Positions 37,716 to 51,265 of a DNA stretch of 64,000 bases are shown piece after piece. Numbering within the stretch: the stretch's first letter is position 1; each line of letters begins with the position of its first letter. A program made the position numbers and the translations under genes. The notes under the pieces were generated by a model. It had not been told where the DNA came from. It saw only the letters and a list, made by a program, of their open reading frames with translations, and did not search any database. Origin of the DNA: Xylographa opegraphella (lineage: Eukaryota); NCBI GenBank assembly GCA_022813865.1, contig JALDZX010000016.1:248001-312000 (forward strand), read 5' to 3'.

Positions 37716-38843
37716 ATGCCCCCCCCAAAAATCCACACGCACCCCTCCCCGCGACACACCCTCCTCCCGCACCTCCTCCCCCTCCTCCCGTCCACCCTCC
37801 CCCTCGTGCGCCGCCTCCAATTCCACTTCCAATCCCCGCACGCCACCGTCCTCTGCACGCTCCCGCCCTCCACTCCCCCCACCACGCCCCCACCCCCCTT
37901 CGCGGCCCTCTACGTCGACCGCTCGCGCGCCCCCGAAACCGAATGCTGGCTCTTCTCCACCCACGAGCTGCCCACCCCCGCTCCGCAGAACGCAGCCGCC
38001 GCGCTACCGCACTTCCTCGCCCTGCTTGGCGAGATCCCGCACTTGCCCCTCCCGGCCACTTACCCCTCCACGCAGGACCCTTCCCGCCTCCTCCTCGGAG
38101 CCGTCCACCGCTCCGTGCTCGAAACCCTCGCCGGCTCGCCCCTCGCCCCGCACGCGGGCAAGAAAGTCATCTCCGGCCCCGGCGCGGCGAGTGCGACTGA
38201 CGAGTGGCGCGGCTCCGCGGCGGCGTCGAGCGGCTGCGTGCGGGGCCACACGGTGGCGTACCAGAAATTCCTGTTTGAGTCGGAGACGGTGGCGCGGGCG
38301 GCGGCGGGGGGGGATGGGTCGGACGGGGAGCCGCTGCTGGGGGTGCTGGGGCTCGAGTGGACGAGCGTGCGGGAGGGGGAGTACGGGCTCGTGGCGAGCC
38401 GGACGGAGATACCGCGCAGCGGGCGGACGATGAGGCTGCTGGGGAGTGTGGGCTTGCGGCGGCGGCGGCGGCGGCGGCGGCAGGAAGGTGGAGGGGGCGC
38501 GAGCGAGAGAGAGGGGGAGGGGGAGGGGCAGCTCGTGGCGTGGGCGTTCTTGGGGCCGGATGGGTCGTTGACTAGTTTGCATGTGGAGCCGGAGTTTCGT
38601 GGCCGGGGGCTCGGGAAGCTGGTTACGAGGAGGCTGTTTGCGCTGTTGGGCGAGGGGGGGAGGGGGTCTGGGTTTGAGGACGTGAGGGAAGGGGAGGAGT
38701 GGTGCCATAGTGATGTGGCGACGGATAATGCGGGGAGTATCGGGGTGGCGAGGGGGTTGGGTGGGGAGGAGGGGTGGGAGTGTTTCTGGGCGTGGGTGGA
38801 TTTGGAGGAGGTGGAGAGGATGAGTGGTGCACTGGATGGATAA
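37716..38843 (+). CDS. GNAT-family acetyltransferase (FR47-like C-terminal domain), intronless
   Basis: YVDRSRAPETECWLFST; LVAWAFLGPDGSLTSLHVEPEFRGRGLGK (acetyl-CoA motif A); HSDVATDNAGS. A (GCG)n tract at about 38455-38480 encodes poly-Arg. Confidence 0.88.
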   Translation: MPPPKIHTHPSPRHTLLPHLLPLLPSTLPLVRRLQFHFQSPHATVLCTLPPSTPPTTPPPPFAALYVDRSRAPETECWLFSTHELPTPAPQNAAAALPHFLALLGEIPHLPLPATYPSTQDPSRLLLGAVHRSVLETLAGSPLAPHAGKKVISGPGAASATDEWRGSAAASSGCVRGHTVAYQKFLFESETVARAAAGGDGSDGEPLLGVLGLEWTSVREGEYGLVASRTEIPRSGRTMRLLGSVGLRRRRRRRRQEGGGGASEREGEGEGQLVAWAFLGPDGSLTSLHVEPEFRGRGLGKLVTRRLFALLGEGGRGSGFEDVREGEEWCHSDVATDNAGSIGVARGLGGEEGWECFWAWVDLEEVERMSGALDG

Positions 38844-39114
38844 GATTGGTGAGATGGACATGTCTGCACGACGGCAACTATCTGCAGGTCGAATCTTGGA
38901 GAACAATGTTTCACACAGTACACAAACAGGCGGTACTGTGATGTCAATATCGGTATCTACATATCCTCATCCTCCTGCGACACTCACGCCACGTGTCTCT
39001 GCCACTATAGGATACCCAAATCAAACCCACGTGCACCATATCTCCATATATGGCAGTCACTCTTTACAGCATCATTCCACTAGAACGCCTCATTTCATAA
39101 AAAACTTTTGAGCC

Positions 39115-42100
39115 TTAAGTATGCCCACCAATAAAATCACTCCACCGCCGGACTTCGGCGGGGATGCCCTCTTTGCGTGGTAGCCTCTCGCTCATGCACC
39201 GCGCGAATAGCAGTGCGGTCTAGTCAATAGGTCAGCATCACATTCAGAGTCCAGGATCGAAGCACAGAGATTCATACCTTCGGCTCCATAAACAGTGGCA
39301 CGCCAAAATCGACCGCATTCCTCCTCATGACATAGTCCTTGTCCAATAACGTCTTCGCGCGCTGGCTAGCCAGATTGAAAACGCCACGAATATCGTACTT
39401 CAGGAACACTTCTCGTAACGCCCTCTTATCTTCGACTGGGAATTCGATCACCTCCACCGAGACCCCATCTTTCGCAGTCGATTCAAGGTGCTGCTTGACT
39501 TCCGCGTCTGCAGCGTAAAGCTTGTAGCCCAAGGGTTGTAGGTAGTTGACAATAGCGGAAAGTTCGGGCTTCGAGACATCCCCGCCGAAGAGCAATCCCT
39601 CACCAGGCTCGGGCATACGGAAATTCATAGTAGACTGGAGAGAAGTCCAGTACGCCTCAACGAGGTTGGCGCCGAAGCAGGCGATCTCACCAGTACTGGA
39701 CATCTCTACACCAAGGAAAGGGTCCGCTCCCGCGAGGCGTGTCCAGGAGAATTGAGGTACTTTGGTGGCGAGGTAATCGCGCTTGATGGCCATCAAGTCG
39801 ACAGGCTCGGGTACGTCGCGGCCGATGAGGGCTTTTGTGGCAACCTCGATGAAGTTGGTGCCAAGGACTTTGCTAACGAAGGGGAAGGAGCGGGAGGCAC
39901 GAAGGTTACACTCGATGACTTTGAGAGCGGGCTCACCACCGGCTGGGTCGTCGGCTTTGATGATTTGCATGTTGAAAGGGCCGGTGATACTCCATGCTTT
40001 GGCGACTTTCTCCGCAATAGCTTTGACGCGGGCCATAACAGAGGCATCTAGGCTGGCTGGAGGAAGAACAAGTGTAGCATCGCCGGAGTGGACACCGGCA
40101 GCCTCGACGTGCTCACTAACGGCGTGGACAATGAGTTTGCCTCCAGAGCCCACTGCGTCGACGTCAATTTCTTGAGCACCTTCGATGAACTTAGTAATCA
40201 CAACTGGGTGATCGCCTGACACAGCACTGGCCGACACAAGCTTGTCTTTGAGCTCGTCTTGGCTATGGATGACACTCATGGCTGCTCCGGAGAGCACATA
40301 ACTTGGTCGCACGAGGACTGGGTAGCCAACCTCGTCTGCGAACTTTTCAGCCTCGGCATAGGATGTAAGCTCCTTCCATGCTGGTTGATCCACTCCGATA
40401 CTGTCAAGGATTGCTGAGAACTTGTGACGATCTTCGGCTTTGTCAATATCTTGAGGGTCGGTTCCAAGCACATGTGCTTTGCCAGTCTCTTGGAGCCTGA
40501 GGGCAATGTTCTGTGGCAATTGACCACCAACAGAGACAACCACTCCGCTTGCTGACTCGAGTTCGTAAATATCCATGACGCGTTCGTAGCTCAGTTCTTC
40601 GAAGTAAAGCTTGTCGGCGGTATCGAAGTCGGTGCTATAAGTTTCCGGGTTGTACTAGGGAGAGGTCAGCACATCTCTTGTAAGTATCAAGAAAGTACGA
40701 AAATTTAAGACTTCGAAGAGTGCAGGTGGTAAAACTGCCTTCAGTCCGGCGGTAGCCCTTTACAGGAAGACCCTTGACTTACGTTGATCATTACGGTTTT
40801 CTTTCCCATATCCTTGAGTGCCAGAGTTGCATTGACCGCGCACCAGTCGAACTCCACAGAGCTTCCAATACGGTAAACACCACTGCCAAGAATGATGATT
40901 CCATGGTCATCAAAGCTCACATCGTGAGAAGTCGCATTATATGTTGTATACAGATAATTTGTATCCGCTGGGAACTCAGCTGCAAGTGTGTCGATCTTCT
41001 TGACAAAGGGCTTTATACCGAAGCCTTTTCTTCTCGCACGGACGTCGTCTTCACTGCTCCCTACGCACATTGCAATCTGCTTGTCGGAGAAACCCATTTT
41101 CTTGGCTTTGCTAACGAGGTCCTTCTTCAGGCCAAAGAGACTTCCAATGTCTTCTAGCTCATGATATACATCGACAATGTTCTGTAATTTGTACAAAAAC
41201 CATTTATCGATTTTGGTCAGCTCGTGAACTTTGTCAACTGAGTAGTTTTCATGAAGCATAGCCTGCCCGACAGCCAGCCATCTTCGGTCAGTGGGATTTT
41301 TGAGAGTATCATCAAGGTCATCAAAGTGGTCGCCCTGGAAGCCCACATACTTAGGATCCACTTGACGGATAGCTTTCTGTATAGACTCCTCGAAAGTTCG
41401 ACCAATCGCCATAACCTCGCCAACCGATTTCATTGAGCTACCGATATCCCGCTTGACATGCTGAAACTTGCTTAGATCCCATCGAGGTATCTTAGTTACT
41501 ATGTAGTCAAGACTTGGTTCGAAGTTAGCCGTAGTAGTCTTCGTCACAGCGTTTGGTATTTCTGGTAGTGTATAGCCCAGTCCAATCTTCGCAGCAGTGT
41601 ATGCAAGGGGATAACCAGTAGCTTTCGATGCTAATGCAGATGATCGCGATAGACGAGCATTTACTTCAATAACCCTGTAATCGAGACCGTCAGGCTGAAG
41701 GGCGTACTGGCAATTACACTCGCCGACAACTTGGAGATGGCGAATGATCTTGATAGCGGCAGTCCTCAACATATGGTATTCCTCATCGCTCAATGTTTGA
41801 CTAGGTGCGACGACAATACTGTCACCGGTATGCGTACCTAATGGATCAAAGTTTTCCATGTTGCAAACCGTAATGCAATTGTCGGCAGCGTCTCGAACGA
41901 CTTCGTATTCAACTTCTTTCCAGCCCTTGAGAGATTTCTCAACTAGGATCTGAGGTGATAGGGTTAACGAACGTGAGGAAAGATTCCTTAACTCCTCTGC
42001 GTTATTGGCAAACCCAGATCCAAGACCACCCAGGGCATAGGCTGCTCTAACAATTACCGGGTAACTGATCTGTTCAGCAGCAGCAAGGGCTTCATCCACT

Positions 42101-43063
42101 GTGGCACAAGCGAGCGATTCTGCGATAGGAATATTGATCTCCTTGAGGGCCTTTGCGAAAAGGTCGCGATCCTCACTTGTCTTGAGTGTCTGGATACTGG
42201 TTCCTAGAACCTTGACGCCGTAGCGCTCCCATATACCCATATCTTCCATCTTCACACCAAGATTCAGGCCGGTTTGTCCGCCGAATGTCAGCATTACACC
42301 GTCTGGTCTTTCACGTTCGATGACATAGGTGACATATTCGGGAGTGACCGGAAGGTAGTAGACCTCATCGGCAAGCTTATGGTCTGTCTGTATCGTGGCG
42401 ATATTGGGATTGATGAGGATAGATTTGACATCGGCTTCCTTGAGAGCTTTCAAAGCCTGCGATCCTGATACGAGGAACCACGTGTTAGCTATACCCGCTC
42501 CCACAGTTCTAGGATTTGAAGAGCAGTCGCTTACCTGAATAATCGAACTCGCCAGCTTGTCCAATGCTTAATCCTCCACTACCAATAACAAGCACTTTCT
42601 TCACATCGACGAGGTTCTTTCGTCCTGAAAGAACACCGCTTGAAATGTAAGCTTTCGCAGAAGGCGGTTCGTCGCCAGTGATATGGCAAGAGCTTGAGCT
42701 CGAAAAGAGTCGTGCGGCGTTCAATGATGACGGAAAATATTTTTTGGCAGTCAATCTTTGAGACAAGATAGCATTGGAACTAATCGACGAAAAGAGCCGC
42801 GCAGATTGTGTCATAGACCGAGTTGACTTCAACCGCGCCGATCCCACGGAGGGTATATTTTCGCCATATGTATGCTGAGTGTTCGAGCATGACGAAGCTC
42901 TCGTCCTGGATGACGCGGACGAGAAGGAACTCGTCGAGTATGATAGTGTGGTAGACGATGTTCGGAGCGTAATTGACGAGAATGAAATTGTCCGAGATTG
43001 GAAGGGGCAGCGTGGCTTGAGAAGTTTGGGCGGCTGGACCCCCAGACCTCTGACGGCCGCCAT
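39115..43063 (-). CDS. CPA2: Arginine-specific carbamoyl-phosphate synthetase large subunit, mitochondrial precursor
   Basis: S/R-rich presequence; [95 protein letters not shown]; second ATP-grasp half; ends [11 protein letters not shown]. No glutaminase, DHOase or ATCase domains. Confidence 0.96.
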
Positions 43064-45594
43064 GGTTGATCGGGCGCAGAAAGAAGCAAGCAGTAGTCTT
43101 GGGGTCAATTGGGCCTCTCTTCTTGAAGCCGTACGCTATATTGTGCACTTATCGCAGCTTCAGAGCGGGTGCAATGGCATGCACATAAGACTAGCACAGG
43201 TGAACAGCTAGCCGAATAGATAGCAGTGCATGCCTGGCTCGTCACTCAGCTGGATCTCGTGAAGCCAGAGGGCGGAAGAATGCACAGACATACACGGAGG
43301 ATGAGGGAGCGTCGAAAGGCGATATGAGAGGAGGGAAGAGGAGCAATTGAGAGAAAAATTTCTCTAAGTCGCTGCACCTCCAGACTTTTTTTTGCTCAAG
43401 CTTCTGACTGACTTTCGAAGCCTTACTGCGGGACCGCCAATCTTTAGTGGCCGCGAAGCGTCTTGGCGTTCTAGCGGGGACGGCTGGACAGGGATGTCGC
43501 AGCGATACCGGGCACGGCGTGCACGTGACAGACAGTTCGGGTTGTTTAGAACCACCAGGTCTACTTGCTCTTCGTCCTAAGTACAGTTATTGCACTGCAA
43601 GCTTATGCTTGACAAGCCCTCGAACTGTTTTTAGATTATCCGAAGCACCCCAGTGCGTCCTGGACAATGTAGGTATCCTCCGTACTCAGCTAAAAGAGCC
43701 TCTACGCTGCTCCCATTGCGAAGCGTTCCATACTCCCCTGAAAGCAAGAATCCGGCATGAAGTATTGTGTCGAAGAAGACTTCGTTCTTGGATACCACTC
43801 ATTATTCCTAGTGCCCTCACTTGCCCCCTCACCCACCATACATTTTCCTCATTCTCGAGTGAAAATGTTAAGTACCGGTTAGTGATCAGCTTGGTTCACT
43901 TCTCATGTCCATTGACGAGCGAGCTCATATGAGAGAACAACAAGATCCTGGACGTCTTTGGTGGAGCGCGTGGGCCGATGCAGCTTCCCAGCACTTTCCA
44001 CTATCTCCTGTGGCATGAGAAATTCGTCCCCCTTTCTGAGCCATCTGCATCTCCATTGAATAAATTACACGCCACACAAAAGCACATCGTGGCAAGCTAC
44101 GGCTCTGAAAGCGGGAATATTCGAAAGATGTTTGCGATGATCACGAAGAAGCATTGCCATCTGTTTTTCAGCACTTGTCTTTGTCGTTCAACCAATGAAG
44201 TGGCTTCCCCTGGAGACGATGTCGTAAACAAAACGGGCTTGGTATACACCGCGCTTTTCACAGCGTGGTAGCTCAAGTTGGCGAATAAACCCCATTTCGA
44301 GCTCATCATCAAGAAGGTTTGCCTTCTAAGTACAGCAAAGTGAGGCAGATATTAACGAGTGACAGAGAGCAAAGCTTGGTCAAATACCTGCGAAATTCCG
44401 CCAGTGAAGAACTACAGTATGAAGTACCATGATACTGGACAAGAATTCAAGTCTGCCTCCTTCACAAGAACGACTCACCATTCTACCATGTCCAAGTATA
44501 TGCTTCTTTCCCCTTTAGTGCGCCATTAATGTACTATAGGTAGCACGCACAGCATCATTGCCAGGCATTCTAAATGAGATAAGTGCCGGACCGTATCCTT
44601 TTTTGTGGAATTGTCAGGAGACAGCAGCCATTATATGCGAGCCGAAGTGTACATTATCTATTCGGCATAGCACGAACATAGCTACCATCTGTTGAACGCG
44701 CAGCAATGCACCCTCATCTCATTCTAGTGCGACGATTTCAAGGACGTTCATTCATCTTCGATGTCGAAGTCAAAGTCAGCCTCGCCCCAAAAAAATCCCT
44801 CACGTGACTTGTGGCTCGTACGCAAGATTTCCAAAGCGACATCTGAAACACAGGGTTGGCATGGAAAGACCCAAACAGACGACGATAACACCGCCAAGAG
44901 CTCACAGGGCCAAACCAACGAAACAAACTGCCCAAGCTCCCCAATTGGTATGCGCAGAAAACAAAAAGCCGGTGTTGCAGGATTCCGGGACTTCCAAACC
45001 ACATGCACAGCCAAGAGCTGAAGAAATGTTTTCTTAGTGCCGCACGGTCCGAGCTTTTTGCCACAACACCAGCCACGGACTAGATCCCAAACGGGTCAAG
45101 GTTCCGTCGCACACGATGCATCCACAGTACAATGGACTCGGGGAGATGTGTGGTGGTGATTTCGAGATGGCGGCTGGAATTGTTGGGCTTGCTTGGAGGA
45201 ATGGGGAAGGAGAGCCCCGGGGCGTTGAGAGGATGGGTCAATGGAGCGTAGTCTAAACTCCATACAGGCAAATCAGGGCTGTATATCAAGGACCGGGTTC
45301 GATGCTTGTTGCAGTAACAGATTGTAGTCTAGTATAAAATCCAAACGCCGCTCCCCGCGGGTGTCATGCCATCCCGGGACAAAAGAAAAATCGCCAGTGC
45401 TCCCCACGCTTCCTCCTTCTCGAATGCTGGATCAAGTTTCCGACACCTACAGAACCGGACAGCCTCCCGACCCTCCATTCCAACCACCCCAGACTGCGAC
45501 TCGAGTAATTCCGTCAAGCACCCAAAACCACCCAGCCCAGCCATCCGCCACCTCTTCTTCTCACCCCCGTCCTTTCGCCCAAACGGACATCCCA

Positions 45595-46173
45595 TCAAGC
45601 ACCTTTCCGATGTATCCTCCTCACATGATCGAGCATATTATCTCGCCGCGAGAAAATACGCTCACAACCCTCCCACTCGCACGGGACGCCAGGGTTATGC
45701 TTGGCCTCGTGCCTGGCCCTGTCCTTCTTGCTGGAGAAGCCGCCCTCGGTGGCCTGGGCGCAGCCGTCATAGCGGCAATGGTAGCTCTTGCTGTGGCGGT
45801 TAAAGTGCTTGCGCAGGTCACACGGCCGGACGAAGACGGCCTTGGACGCGCACCCGGGGTATGCGCAGCGCCAAGATCGCTGGTCGCTGTTCAGGAAGCC
45901 GTAGTTGTTGAGATCGTGCGTGTGGGGCGAGGTGGAGCGCGAAGGCATGGCCGAGGGGGTCAGGGAGGTGCTGCTGCCGGAGGGACCCGGTATGCCCAGT
46001 GCCGGTGACCGGGACGGCTCCGGGTGGAAGTAGTCGAGGCCGTTGGGAGCGGTGTGCGCGTGCGTCCAGTGGGAGTTGTCGTCGACCAGGAGGTGGTCGT
46101 TGAAGAGACGTTCGGCGTTGGCTGCGTCGCCCATCAACGCCTTCTCGGCTTCGGAGGATAGGAAGCCTGACAT
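45595..46173 (-). CDS. Small C2H2 zinc-finger protein (three fingers)
   Basis: WRCAYPGC..DLRKHFNRH, YHCRYDGC..DRARHEAKH, VPCEWEGCERIFSRRDNMLDHVRRIH. An in-frame TGA lies two codons upstream of the ATG. Confidence 0.88.
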   Translation of the reverse strand: MSGFLSSEAEKALMGDAANAERLFNDHLLVDDNSHWTHAHTAPNGLDYFHPEPSRSPALGIPGPSGSSTSLTPSAMPSRSTSPHTHDLNNYGFLNSDQRSWRCAYPGCASKAVFVRPCDLRKHFNRHSKSYHCRYDGCAQATEGGFSSKKDRARHEAKHNPGVPCEWEGCERIFSRRDNMLDHVRRIHRKGA

Positions 46174-48373
46174 AGCTCAAAAAGGGGCCGCTCGATAGGG
46201 TGCTGATATAGTAGCTGATTTGGTGAGTTCTTAGTGGACCTAAGATTTGTGAGCATGAGTATTGATACTAGAGAATGTACGGGGGACGGTGGTATATGTA
46301 TCGCAATCGGCATCACTTGTACAGAGCAGAGATATTGATGCATCGGCCTCATCCGTAGGAACGGTTACGAGTTGGGTAGTGCCGGAGCCGTCCCACGAGG
46401 GTGGAGTGATAATCCAGAAAGGGGCACTGTCATACGTGCCACGGGATCGGGCTCAAGGTTTTGGTATTCCTGTTGCATCTTTGAGCCACTGAGGAAAGCC
46501 TGAGGAAGGAACCGTTCCAACGGAAACCGTCAAGATATACGTATAGAGGGTGTCAAAGAAACAAACCGATCGGTTCTGCTGGGCTGAGTTGTTCTTGACC
46601 ATGAATGTTGGCGACTATGCCCGCAGTTCAGAAGATCGCTAATGCAGGATGGAGCAATCCACGTGGAAAAGCGGGTGTTTGGACAGGAAGAGAAAGATCC
46701 GTCCTTGCGTATAGCCTTGTATCAAACTCCCGGCTATACATCTTCTTAGGGAAGACGAGGCGAACCAGTCCTGGTTGTTGGATTTCTTGGCACCAGATTT
46801 ACCTGTAAGAGCCGGACGCTATGAAGAAGTGCAAGTCTACGACGCTGCCAAGAACGGAAGTGGCCGAGTCAGGGTCGACATCGACACGAGGTCTAGTGAG
46901 CGAAACTGCATCCTCGACATAGTCGTATGCCGCTGCCTATTGTGGTAGGATCTCTCGGACACGTGCTCCTTTGGAGGCTGGAGACAAACTGTCGGTCTAC
47001 CCGGTTCCTCCATGTCTCTTCACGGTGGCTGAGTGCTATTCACTTCTTTCCCAGAATCCGTGGTCCTGGAGATGAGGATGAGGATTGCTTCAGATCGTTG
47101 ACATGAATTACAGCACGATTTGTGCTGTAGGCGTAAGCAACACAAAGTCGACCATATCCCGCGAGATAAGAGCTTTTGATGGAATTCTGTTGGCCGCACT
47201 TCAGAGCTGAGAGCTCGGCATAATTTGTGAGGGAAAAGATTGGTTACCATTTGACAAGAGTGTAAAAATTACCACAAGCTCTAGCCAGCTAGCTAAAAAG
47301 CTCAAGGCCCTCATGATATGTACCTCTTAGGTGGTAGTTACTCGTGAGTCCACCCCTATGCGGGTTTGTTGACATAAAGAGAGCGCATGTCTTGATCGAA
47401 GTCAAGCGCTTGCAGACAGATGGTCCCGGAGTACTCGTGCAGCTCAGTCGAGCCGGTGCTCCATATCGTGGTGCAATTGCGGTGAGGATCAAACATCGGC
47501 GAACTGCTGAAGAGGCTGATGTATTCTGGGCGTAGAAGAGGGATGGCACCAAAATTAGCTTAAGGCGTCCCACTAGTCACTGGCTGAGGTAGTCGATACA
47601 ACGCCAACCTGCCGAGCTGCCCTAGGCGTCTGTCGAAGTAAGCACTAACGAGTGAGCCGCAATCGGTTCGATATCTGAATTTTCGTCTATTACATAGGTA
47701 GCCATAGCCCTGCTATTGAATTAACGAAGACGCAATAATGGGTTAGAAATGATTGGAATGTCAGAACAGTAAACGTGTGAAGGTAGATCTACTCGGTACG
47801 AGGCACACGAACTGAAGCTCTGCGAACCTTTACCCATGGTCGAGATCGACGGGGCTTCCGCCAGTAGCAGATTGCAATCCAATATTGGATGTCCGGCCAC
47901 GTTCCATAGCGACCAACACCAAGGAGCCGCTGTATCAGCTTGTCATGCTGAGAATTTCCGGCCAGGCAACAGCCAGCTTCGTTGGTCCCTGAGCGAGATT
48001 GTGGTGGATTGCCTACCTGACATATGACATACATCTGTCATCATGTCAAAGATCCCCAAAGTGTAAAGTTGTGGTAATCTTATCATTATTCTCAGATAGT
48101 AGAGTGCACCCAAAAGGCTCTATACTTGAGACCTTTTAGAAAGGCTGTTGCCTGTAGCTTTAACAGACTCTCCAGGAGGTACCTCTGCCCTAACCCATGT
48201 AATGCCGCTGGCCCTGTCGACAACACCATTGCAGTGGATATCTTAAACTACCTGATACAACTCCAGATTGAATGAGTTCTGTCATAAGAATCGTGACCTC
48301 ATCAGCAAACCCGGATAACATAAGATACAATGAATTACAAGAATTTTGTGTAATACAGTAAGGAAAGAAACTT

Positions 48374-50152
48374 TCAGCCACCAAGTCGGCGCCGACGCCC
48401 CTTATTTCCACCTTCAGGGCGCTGTGCCAAAACATCCCTGAGCTGTTGATCGTCTTTATCTTTGCCGGGATGGTGGCCCTTGACATGCCTGATTCTATGG
48501 TCAGCATTCTATATTGAGCCCCAGTACCAGATAGATTGCACCTTTGTAGATTATCTGGTCGAGGATACTTGTGTTCTCTTTCTGGACAAAATGGGCAGAT
48601 ATACCCTGGGGATTGATGTACCAATCCGTGTCTGATCATTTCGTTTTTCCGCTTGAAACCTTTTCCGCCTTCAGCGTGAGTACAACCCTTCACTGGACAA
48701 TAATGTGGGCGATCTAACGAGTGCACGTTTGCATGCGAACTTTGCTATGTCAGCCAGAATCTTCCCCGGGTGCGGAAGAGCATCTTACTTCAAAAGATAC
48801 TGAGTTTGGAATAGAGGTGCAGTACACCCAGCATAGTCGCACCTAAAGCCTCCTCCCACTGTCGGGGCACTTGCGTCAAGAGGTGGTAGTATTGGTCGAT
48901 CTCCGTCAATACTCATTTGGTCTCCTTTAGGTGAGGTTTCGTTGCTGAAGCTGCTTACACTTGGAAGACTTTCTGCTGAGAGTGGTGTGTGCACTTCACT
49001 TTGGGGGGTCATGTTATTGATTGAAAATTGTCGAGCATATTTTCCAGGGGGAGACATGGTTGTAGGATCTTGGCTATGACGATATACATCCCGGGGAGAG
49101 GCATCACTCACAGTACTGGCCGGTGAGGGTTCTGTAGTAGGATAGCCGTGATGAAATTGAGAATTTACCCTTGACTGCAAGGAAACGAAATGAGGGAATG
49201 AAGGAGAATTCTGAAGCGGATTGCCCGTAATTCTTAGACTGCGGTCTAGGGGAAGAGGCCCGTCAACCAAGGAACCTAACTTAGAATGTATTGAGGGTAA
49301 GTTTTGCAGACCTACAGGCGAATTTGCTGATTGGGGTGGACTATTCTGCATCGCTGGAAGGATGTTCAAATGGGAGCCTTGCGGGTTGGGTATCGTGTAT
49401 TTACTTAGAGTAGCAAGTGAATCATCTTCGGCACTGGTCGAACGATCATCCTGCTGGCTATACGGTCCAGTATCATCAATCAGAACTTTTGTCTCAGATG
49501 TGTTCATCCGGCTTGTGAGGTCCTCCATTTCGGCGATCTGCTCTCCTCGTGGTAATGCTTTTTTGAATTTGGTAGCATCGAGAACGCCATTCAATCGTGG
49601 GGTCAGTGGTCCGGTATGGATCTTTGGTCTGACCCGCAGACGCTCGGGAGACTGTTGCCGGCGTTTGTTGTCAATTTCTGTTAAGCTGATAGAACGATTC
49701 GATTTCTGGGGATACTGATAGCTTTTCACGAGCAGGCAAGATTCGGAGTCTTCCGGAAACCTTGATGCTTCTGTCGCCAGTTGCACTAGCGCAGACTCAT
49801 TGCTTGTATCTCCGCAGTTCATTTCAGGTTCGGAGGTACAGATATCGCCAGTGTCTGGGCAATCACCATCCAAAGGTCTTTCAACAACTTGGGCCGCCAG
49901 GTCAGGACGCTGGTAGTTTGCCATTTGGTTGACAAGAACACCGTCCCCTTGGGTACGCTTGTGTTTCTTCTTCACGAACTTGCGTCCAGCTTTGTATGAT
50001 CGAGGCTTGGAGCTTGTATCACTTTCGGAGGATGAGATGTACGCCGGTGGTGGCAGAAATGAAGTATCGGGCGAAGGAGTACCCCCTCCAAATGGGACTT
50101 CATCTAATTTCTCTTGTGGGGTATCATCGCCGTCGTAGTAGGGGTCCGCCAG
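48374..50152 (-). CDS. C2H2 zinc-finger transcription factor, 3 exons; start codon unresolved (possible CUG at 50152)
   Basis: FRCDYAGCTAPLFQTQYLL|NSHANVHS..RPHYCPVKGC..GFKRKNEMIRHGLVHQSPGYICPFCPEREHKYPRPDNLQR|HVKGHH..QRPEGGNKGRRRRLGG*. The long S/P-rich first exon is open from 50158. Confidence 0.88.
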
Positions 50153-51221
50153 CTTCGCTTATCGTGGCAGAGAGGCTCTGCGTCCTCTCCGCGCCCAAAA
50201 TGGAATTCGGTTAGATTGCTTGGTCCTGCAAACGAGCAGCTACTCGTGTCGGCATTCAAGAAATCCCATAAGACCTGTAGAGCAAAGGTCGGCGCTGTAT
50301 GTATGAGCGCAGTCAGCTTCTGATGCAAGGACCGGATCTTGTATGTTCATCCTCGATTTGCAACAATACATGCATACCAGCAAAATTAGAATAAGAGCGT
50401 AGAGGCACAGAGGAGGGTGCCTGTGCGAGGAATATGAAATACATTGGGTAAACGAACTCTTCCCCCTTGAGATATTTCCACAACAACAATTCATTCTTAA
50501 TTTCAGAAACTTTCAATATTGCCGAAGCATTGCCATTCGAGTCTTTGTGCGAAAATCATGGTTGATGAAAATGTATTACAGTCATTCATTGGCTAATTCG
50601 CCAATATGGTTCGACAGTTTCACAAACATTTAACAGGAAGTTCATATAGGTAATTGGACAGTGGGCATTCGAATGTCCAAGGCAACAAAACGATAACAAA
50701 ATAACAGAAGCCAGGACTTGAGTCATTTGGCTGCCTTCCAGTACATATAGTTCTGTTCTGCTATAGCTTCATACGGCAACATACATATCATGAAATCACC
50801 AACAATTGTGTCCAGAGTCGGAAATGGTGAGACATGGAGGGAAGGAATAGGAAATGCGCCGCGAGAGAATGATTATCGTACCTGAAGATTCTTTGGTCAA
50901 GCTAATTGTCTGTTCCCAGAGCCTCAAAAGCTTATTAGTGAGCCTCTTTCATATTGAATTGCTGGTCGCGCGTCGAACACGATAAGCTGCGATATGTGGG
51001 AAGTGAGATGCCGCAAGTTATCGAAAGTTGATTCGTATAGTGAATAGGAAGACGAGGCTGCGATCCTGCGCACTAGAGAAGCTGGTGATGTGGGAGCGCT
51101 CACTATCCTTCCCGTGTGGCTCTTTGAGCTGCGGTCCAGACTGGTCGATTTTAAGTGATGCTTGCGACACGGAGGCGATGGCACGTTTTGTGGAAAAAGA
51201 CGAAGAAGAGGAGAGCACGAA

Positions 51222-51265
51222 GATGCAAATGCGAATGCGAATGCGAATGCGAATGCGAATGCGAC
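51222..51265. repeat. (ATGCGA)n hexamer microsatellite
   Basis: atgcaa followed by about 6 tandem atgcga units. Confidence 0.9.

Noticed and set aside
43064..43300. Arginine-attenuator-type uORF upstream of the CPS gene
   Set aside because: The attenuator peptide belongs to the small-subunit gene (CPA1/arg-2). The tiny uORFs here (MHCYLFG, MCMPLHPL) do not resemble it and may lie in a 5' UTR intron.
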